Source of the DNA: Octopus sinensis
Taxonomy: Eukaryota
Direction: 5' to 3'
NCBI RefSeq assembly: GCF_006345805.1
Contig: NC_043000.1
Location: forward strand, 161,014,001 to 161,078,000
DNA length: 64,000 nt
Part shown: positions 54,154 through 64,000 of the stretch, piece after piece
Numbering within the stretch: the first letter of the stretch is position 1
Layout of the letters: every line of letters begins with the position of its first letter
Notes under the pieces: generated by a model
What the model saw: only the letters and a program-made list of their open reading frames with translations
The model's database searches: none
Told to the model about the DNA's origin: nothing
Translations under genes and position numbers: made by a program

Positions 54154-55701
54154 GCAACAACAACAACAACAATAATAATATCGATTATTAATCTATTTAA
54201 CTTCGTATATTATTGACAAAAAAGTTTTATTACTTGCAATTGATTTAACATAAAAAAAACGATATTAGCATTTGCATTTGTTGCAATAGTTCACTAAGTG
54301 TGCAAAGTGTTGCACATTCTATACAATATGTTAAACAAAAACTTGTGTGCAGTTAAAATGTGTGCACAGTTTGAACAACACTCAATAAAATGTTTACAAT
54401 GAGAACGACATTTAAATGTCATGTGCTGTGTTATACACAAGATAAAAGAAGAGGGATGCGAGGGGATGTCGCGTAATATGGCGTCTTGAATATAGTTATG
54501 ATAAGTCGGATACGTCACTTTGTGTTCCGATTTCAAATGTCGCTCAGGTTGATTTTACAGAGTTTACTAATTTTGGGGTCAAATCTAGATTAGCAAAGAC
54601 TAGAAACGGATACAAACATATCCTGTACGAAATATATCGTGCATCTTAGAAAACCTTATCGATGAAACAGTATATTCATGTCATCAACATATACGCAATA
54701 GTTTCCATTCGGGTCGATGTAATCGAGGATTACCGCAACTGCAATTTCAAACTGTGTTCTTGTGTAAGAATTCAATATTCTGATGAGGTAAATCTGGCAG
54801 TGGGCCACTCTTATAGGCAATATTGGAGAATCGGTGGCGTATCCTACATAAAACTTTGCTCAGTATAGTTGCATGTCTTTTACATGGTGGATTCGATTCT
54901 TTTGAGGTCGACATTCTTTCATCCTTCAGGAGTCGATGTAAAAGCATCAGTTAAGTATTGCGGTCAATTTAATCGACTGTTACCTCACACAAAATTTTTG
55001 CCCTGGTGTCCATGTAAGAAATCAATTTTTCTATGAGATCATAGTATAAACACACACAAAAAGTCTCCATTGCTATACATAAAACGCTATTGATGCAGAT
55101 TCTTCAATATCTGTCCTGGTTATTTATTTTCAGATCATGTTACTTCTAACATACATACACATGATTGTGTATGTATACTTATGATGATCATTTGTGCTTA
55201 AAACTGAAACTGATTTGAGGAATAATCTGCAACTGGATTATCATCTTACCAAGTACCGCCATCCTAACGTCAGCTTCTTCAGAATATTCAATGACCATGT
55301 CAGAATTATATGTTTTTTGATTAAATTATACATGTTATAATGCTTTTATTTCGTATGTTGTTACAAAGCAATACAAAAATGAAAATACTTAATTCTACTT
55401 TACACCCAGTAGCATATGACACAATATTTCAGGCGTGTACAGAATATTAACATTTGTTAGAATTGTTAGCGGACAAAATATTTTGCTGTGTTCTTCCTGC
55501 TATTTACCTTCTGATTTCAAATCACTTGTGGGGAGCTTTGGCTTACATCCATCTGGTTCGATGAAATAAAGTAATAGTCAACTCAATATAATCAACTAAC
55601 CTTCCTGCTGTTATAATATATTTGTCTTGTGCATAAATTAGAAGACATTACTTCAAGTTTTGTATATGTAAATAGAATGTACATGCAGAGAATGAATGGT
55701 C

Positions 55702-56230
55702 GAGAGGTTTCATCAGTGTGGACTATTGTATATGGAGGGAGAGGAGAACACTTGAAGACTATTCTGTAAACAGTGACGAAGACTTGTTACAATGTACAGC
55801 AGAAGATATGGGTATAAATGCAGATGAAATGTTTGGTAAGGAAGAGTTTAACCAAAGAATCGGAAAGAAGAGGAAGGAAGAAGTTCTGGAAATTCACCGA
55901 ATTTGTAGCATCGGTCTGGTCTTGTCTTGTATTTATAATGCTTTCCGTGGTGCGTTTAAAATCACATTGCTTTAGTCTTGTCCTTGATTTTGTTATATCC
56001 TTGATATGCAGTGTATCTCTTTCAAACAGATCATGCATTCTCATTTCCAGATTGCCTTCCTCTTCTTTTCAGCTCTTTGTTCAAACTCTTCCTTACCAAA
56101 CATTTCATCTGCATTTATACCCATATCTTCTGCTGTACATTGTAACAGCTCTTCGTCACTGTTTACAAAATATTCTTCAAGTGTTCTCCTCTCACTCCGC
56201 ATACAATAGTCCACACTGGTGAAACCTCTC
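55702..56230. repeat. Inverted repeat, 176 bp arms, 177 bp spacer, made of R4/Dong-like coding sequence
   Basis: 55702-55877 versus 56055-56230, roughly 90% identical, with a 65 bp identical core. Confidence 0.95.
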
Positions 56231-57950
56231 CACCATTCTTTTTTTGCAAGTACAATCTATTTACATTTACCATATGGTGCAATGTTCCGTATAATGTCAT
56301 TAACTCTCGTCTTTCTATCCACATTTGATATTCCTTCTTTCGTCCACTTGAGAATGAATGCACTTTATCTAATCACAGAAACTAGCTATATTCATTGCAG
56401 AAACGAGATTTCTTGCATTCAGACCGGATTTTAAAACCCTTTATTCTCTATTTAATTATGCCTCTCTAGTCATTTTTTCATTTCTGCATGCAATATGTCA
56501 TCCAAATCTAAAATTTCCAGTTATTTACATTCACTGGTTTCCTCATGGTTTCTCTTGATGGTGGTCGTTATGTGTTGCAGACGGTTTTTCTCCCCTCTTT
56601 TCGTATTGAGCACAGAGCAGTTGGAAATTCCACATTCCATACTGATATCGTTGCTACATATTGGAAATATTTTAACCAAAGACTCATTTTTAGACTTCCC
56701 AAAGAGTTTCAGGTTATCCCTAAACAAGAGGTAGCTTATAAATGGTCCTTTCTTTCCTCATTGGAGTCCAGTTTAACCGTTCTCATTGTCAGTGTTATTG
56801 GTATAAATGTTAGGACAAATAGTGAAAATGGGTCACATTGGAAGATAACCCTTTTAATTTCTACTTATCCATGGAATATGTTGCTCCAGTACAGCCTGGT
56901 CTTCAACTCTGGCATACTATCCAGCAGAAAATGTGATGTTGCCAGCACTACCCAGCATGTGCAGGCATCCAACAATCCAAGAATCACGTATCGTACTATA
57001 TGCCCTTGAAAAGTCAATATGGGCCATAGACATGCTGGTATGATGTTTTTTTTACAATGTCTCAAAGCTGTTTTATCAATAACGAAGTATCTTCCTACAT
57101 CTTTATGTTCCGTCAGTAATATTCCTTCCTTTAAAAGAAAAGTATAAGCATTCTCCGGAAATCTTCCATGTCATGTTCAGGAATTCTATAAGGACGATAG
57201 ATTCCTACAACATACCATATGTGTCTTTCTTTCGTTACAAGTGTTGTTCTTCCTATTATCCTCCAATAGGGAACTGCACCTCTCTGGTCAACTGAGTAGC
57301 TAGTCTTTCATGAACTGCACTGCAGCTCTTCAACCACAAGCGATGGATACCATCTGAACCAAGACCATTCGTGTTGCGTACCATGGTCAGATTATCTTTG
57401 ACATTGACTGTGTTTATAGCAATATCTCTCTGTCTATTTCCTTCTCTTAATTCTGTCTTGATGATTTCTATTCACTTGGCATCACTTCTAGGCATCACAG
57501 TGTTTCTCTATATTCCATTCCAGAACTTTTTGAACTGATCAGCACTAAGGAAAAGCATTCTTCCAATTGACTCAATCCGAAGTGCCGAAGAATGGTTTTA
57601 GCTTATTTTAGAACACTCTGTTTTCCTCGAACTGTTTATTTTTCTTGATATATCTTCTCATCGTCTGGCTTTTTCGACAAAATCCTCTGTTTTTACTATT
57701 TCATTATTGTATACAATCCATGATTCCGTAGTTTATATTTTTTGTCTAATCTCTTTCGTTCAATTCCGTTTCCATTTTTCTATTTTCCCTTAAGCCATTG
57801 CTCAGTTTTACTTGAAACATGCCTTCACCATCATATGTCACTTTCATTGTATCGTTTCCAAGAGAGTTATTTATAGGGTTTTCTTTCCCACAACTATTTT
57901 TAATTGCGATATCATCTCTATACAAAATACCTTACCACGCTAAAAATGTA
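55890..57950 (-). mobile_element. Degenerate R4/Dong-like LINE (RT region)
   Basis: Minus-strand motifs MAHIDFSRAY, IFQCDPFSL, FRDNLKLFGK (YMDD equivalent), VNRLYLQKK and RQDQTDATN. Confidence 0.75.
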
Positions 57951-57967
57951 CTTTTATAATAATAATG

Positions 57968-57998
<31 letters not shown>

Positions 57999-58015
57999 TA
58001 ATAATAATAATAATA

Positions 58016-58573
58016 AAATGCCCTGATGCAGTACCAGGCAGTGGCTCTCATGGCTTCTGATCTTAACTGATTGGAAGTGTTATCATGTACATTGTTTTGT
58101 CTTGGTATAAAAGATGGGCTACAGCAAATATTCTGCTCAATACCACAGATTTGCGTGTCAGTTGTTTGACCTTAACCAGTTGAGCATGTCCCTTAGTGTC
58201 TGACGATATGTGCATCTCTGATCATGAGCAGAAGTAGTGGGGGAGCATCATAGCCATGTGTTGAGAGGGATTATTTGGGGTTTGAATAGTTCACCTCTGG
58301 AAACATAGGTGGTTCTTTCAACATCCTTAAACAACCCTTATTCAGGGACCGTTTGAGCGGGATGGGCTACTCAACCTGAAGAAAATTCTAACTGGGCCCC
58401 ACCTGCAAGGTCATGTGCTGTTGATCTTGATATGAGATCACCATGTCGCGCACATATGGTTGTGATGCATGTGCCTGGTGTACCTTTATCAGACGGGTAG
58501 TCATGATGGGTATATTGGGCTTCGTATATTTTACCCCAGTGTCACTTTGATGGCATGAACTGCTCTCTCACTC
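58016..58573 (+). mobile_element. ~560 bp element, copy D (full length, subfamily 2)
   Basis: Same start and end as copy A; (AAT)n flanks. Confidence 0.88.
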
Positions 58574-58621
<48 letters not shown>

Positions 58622-58625
<4 letters not shown>

Positions 58626-59168
58626 GCTCTGATGCAGTACCAGACAGTGGCTCTCATGTATTCTGATCATAACTGATTGGAAGTGTTATCATGTACATTG
58701 TTTTGTCTTGGTTTAAAAGACGGGCTACAGCAAATATTCTGCTCAATATCATAGATTTGCTTGTCAGTTGTTTGACCTTAACCAGTTGAACATGTCCGTT
58801 AGTGGCTGACGATATGTGCATCTCTGATCACGAACAGAAGTAGCAGAGGAGCATCATAGCCGTGTGTTAAAAGGAATTTTTAGAGGTTTGGATAATTCCC
58901 CTTTGGAAACATGGGTGGTTCGTTCAACATCCTTAAACAATCCTTATTCAGGGACCTGTTGAGCGGGATGGACTACTCGACCAGATGACAATTCTAACTG
59001 GGGCCCCACCTACAAGGTCGTGTGATTTTTATCTTGATATGAGATCACCATGTTGTGCACATATGGTTGTGATGCATGTCCCTGGTGTACTTTTAATAGA
59101 CGGGTACTCATGATGGGTATACTGGGCTTCGTATATTTTACCCGAGTATCATTTTGATGGCATGCACT
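58622..59168 (+). mobile_element. ~560 bp element, copy E (subfamily 1; right end replaced by a LINE fragment)
   Basis: Shares diagnostic variants with copy A (AGAGGTTTGGATAATTC, CTACTCGACCAG). Confidence 0.85.
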
Positions 59169-59243
59169 TTCCTTTTTATTCACTACAACAAAGTCCGGTT
59201 TCCTATGTCTGGTCTGGTGATCGGACTGGCTCATTACATCCCA

Positions 59244-59306
<63 letters not shown>

Positions 59307-59705
59307 CATTATTATTATTGTCGTCGTCATCATTATTATCATTATTATTAGTATCATTTCCTTTGCACAGCTTCTAATGCTGGAGATGTACTACGGTGTC
59401 AGCTGTTAACTACCAGTGAACTAAGGTAATACATTTTTATTTTTCGAGCACCTTCAGAAGTATTCGAGCGGTTCCTAGCAGTGCTGTTTTCTGAAAGTGC
59501 TCCACCTTTATTGCAGCCCTTATTTGTTCCACGTACTTCTCGAGATTTTTGCTCACTGTTCCCAGGGCTCCGACAATTATTGGTACTACTGCTACCATTT
59601 TCATCGACCACAACTGCTTAACTTCCCAGGCTAAGCTGTCATATCTCTTGACAGTTCTCTCTTCAATATCGCATACCTTGTTGTCAGCTGGGCATGCTAA
59701 ATCTA
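59165..59705 (-). mobile_element. Two minus-strand R4/Dong-like RLE fragments separated by (ATT)n
   Basis: 59165-59237 MWDVMSQSDHQTRHRKPDFVVVNKK; 59345-59705 WIIDLACPADNK..LLGTARILLKVLEK*. Confidence 0.8.
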
Positions 59706-59712
59706 TAATCCA

Positions 59713-59773
<61 letters not shown>

Positions 59774-59779
59774 TAAAAG

Positions 59780-61760
59780 AAATGCCGACAACAGCTGAAG
59801 ATATACGTGATGTACTAGCTAGTTGCACGAGGGAGGGGTGTCCGCTCTCAGATGGTCTGCCCTTCGAGTTTTATATACATATGCTAGACTTCTTTAGCGA
59901 ACGTTTGGGAAAACTCTACCATAACTGGTTGCAGAATGGGAGAATACCCGGATATGTGAGCCGAAGTGTGGCGATGCTACTGAGAAAGGTTCCGAACAAG
60001 GGGGACATTTTTGACAACTTTAGGCTGGTAACTCTGCTAAATGCAGATTACAAAATTTTGGCCAAGGTTATAGCTATCCCCAGCAGAACTATGTACGACA
60101 ACCTACATCTCACGCGATACATCATAGAGAGGGTTGGTAAAGAATTTGGCATGGGTGGGGCCCTATCCATTTGAATCAATCGAAAGATTTTGATAGGGTC
60201 GACCATCTGTGCTTGAAGGCTTTCTTCAAGGCAGTTGGTTTCGGTTCCGTCTTTAGAGGCTGGCTTGCGGAAAAGTGCAGTGAGATCTGTCCGGTGATCA
60301 AAGAAATGGCTACCTTTCGAAAACGTTCAGTGTCGCACGTTCCATCCGTCAAGGATGCCCACTTTCACCTCTTCTCTACGTACTGGCACTTGAGCCATTA
60401 CTGCGGAAGCTGAAATTTTGAGGGGCATCCCGCGTGAACTGTGATGCGGAAGGTTCGTGTACACGTATATGGACAACATCATCGTAATAGTATCGGACAT
60501 CCCAGAAACCGAGAAGGACGACACTACTCTAAGGGAATACGGAGCGGTGGCAGGGGCAATGATGAACCAGGAGAAGTCAGTGGGCCTGCATCTTGGCACC
60601 TGAACAGGTAGGTCCATGCCAACCGACAGCGTTGTTGGGTGCCGGATGGAAGGACATATGTTGTTTGGGGTAGGCTCGGCCCAGACCTCCAAGGGGCGAG
60701 GTGACAGACGGGGTGGCCAGTCGCACCCAGAAATGGGCCGAGAAGAAGCTGTCCCTGAAAGGTCATGTTGAGGTGGCGAATTCGTACATCACCGCCTGAC
60801 TTTCATCCCATGCGCTGCTTCGTGACTGAACAGGCTTGCGTTCTTTCTTCCGCTTCCTGTGGAAGGGACAGGTACCGCTTGTCAGACGGTCCATTTGCAG
60901 TAAGCAACCCATTGCTTGGAGGACTGGGCATGTCATGACTAAGGATGCGCAGACATAACGGTGAACATGTGTGGTCGTAGTTTGTCGAATGCGCTTTTTC
61001 ACAGCTCGTCTCCTTGGCGGAGCTACAGTTCTGAATCAAGCGCTGACCGAGGTAGGGCTCGTAGTACCTAGAGTGTCTTCAAGCGCTCGGTCAGTCGGGC
61101 AATGCTGTCAATGGAAGTTTCACCTTAGAGTTCTATAGAGGAGTAGTAGAGGTCAAAAGCGACGACTTACTCGGAGAGGTCCTGGGCGTCGAGGGGATCA
61201 ACTGGCTGGTCTATTCCGAAGGAACTATAGTTAACTACAGTTAACTTCTATGGAACTATAGTTAACTTCTAGAAATCCCTAGCCTGGCAGTACTTCCGAT
61301 AGTGGGGCACTCCCGGTTCGAAAAAATACTTTAAAGGCACGGGTTTGCAGTTAGTCGGGCTGGTCCGCGATGCACGCTGGGCGATGAAACTGTTCTGTAT
61401 TCTCCCGTACAGTGTCTGCAATTGCTGACTTGTAGATCTTTGTCAAACAGTTGTTGCCACATCTAGAACGGATCTGGCTATCGTCCGGGTCCATTGTTAA
61501 GATAACCCCGCCTCCATCCTTTGGCCGGAAAGAAAGGACAACTTTTCTCTCTCTGGTGACTATAACAAAAGAGGTTATGTAGTGGACGCTATTGAATGGG
61601 TGGATGACGGGTACCTTCCACTTTGGCAAAAGCCAAGGTTCCACCCGAAAAAGAAATTGAGGCTGGAGAGGGAGGTACTACCACCCAGTAAGTTCGTTGA
61701 AAGGTGCGTGAGGGTGGCAAGAATGGCCCCCTTGAATAGGCCTACTCTAAATTTGCGCGT
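59780..61760 (+). mobile_element. Degenerate L1/Tx1-clade LINE ORF2 (RT to C-terminus)
   Basis: DGLPFEFY, FRLVTLLNADYKILAKV, QSKDFDRVDH, YMDNIIV and KKKLRLEREVL..KFVER motifs; related to 31130-33730. Confidence 0.8.
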
Positions 61761-62139
61761 GTAGGCCGGATGGAAGGAAGAAGAGAGAGTTTCTTCTACT
61801 ATCATTATTATCATTATATAGACTCAATAGATTAGACTGTTGGAAAAGAAATGGATTCTAACATCCGGTTACAAGTTGCCCCAGATGCCAAAATCCCTCC
61901 TATCGAGTTACTGCAAGTAACCTTAGATGCCAAGAACCCTCCTAAGTATTCTAGCTGTCCCTAATAACACTGTTTTCTGCAGCTGTACAAAAATGGGATT
62001 TATCCCTGATCTTTATGAATAATTCCCAATAACTACTGGGATACATCATATCCGCACTTTCCATAGTCTCTGTAATTTAATAGCTAGGTACTTGGCTATT
62101 CTTTCTATACTTCTCATATCATAATAAGGATACTACAAC

Positions 62140-63730
<1,591 letters not shown>

Positions 63731-64000
63731 TACATACGTACATACATACATACGAACACACTCTGCCAATCCATTACTGTAAAATAGCCTGAAAGATATT
63801 TATCAAGGTCCTCTAATCATTTTTCGGTGTACTTTCTACCGAATGAATGCTTCAGAATTGCCTTTTCTCAAAGTTAACTTCATGCATATTAACAAAGGAC
63901 AACAACATAAAACCAAAGATCCACTTCCTTCAGCACAGTCTTACTAAAAGGCATAAACGAAATTCTGGTTATATTTATAGTATTATCTATTCATAGTATA

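Overview
AT-rich, microsatellite-dense eukaryotic DNA. The SINE, LINE and microsatellite make-up looks like an octopus (cephalopod) genome, an inference from recalled repeat families. No host protein-coding gene, tRNA, rRNA or CRISPR can be supported. Nearly all long ORFs in the track are microsatellite translations or retro/DNA-transposon remnants. The window contains: (1) many R4/Dong-type restriction-like-endonuclease (RLE) non-LTR retrotransposon pieces sitting in (TAA)n arrays, including a near-intact 2.1 kb copy at 44930-47061 inside a pile of about 7 serial 3' ends; (2) five copies, in two subfamilies, of a ~560 bp non-coding element that also sits in (TAA)n; (3) CR1/L2-like, L1/Tx1-like and HERO/NeSL-like LINE fragments; (4) mariner, Tc1, maT-like and Chapaev3-like DNA transposon relics; (5) a solo LTR with a 4-bp TSD; (6) several tRNA-derived SINEs; (7) two near-identical tandem duplications bounded by (CA)n(TA)n. 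The most notable structure is a set of (TA)n-anchored fold-back palindromes. One of them (19200-19329, perfect, no spacer) encodes a type I hammerhead ribozyme fold on both strands, pointing to Penelope-like element or retrozyme biology.
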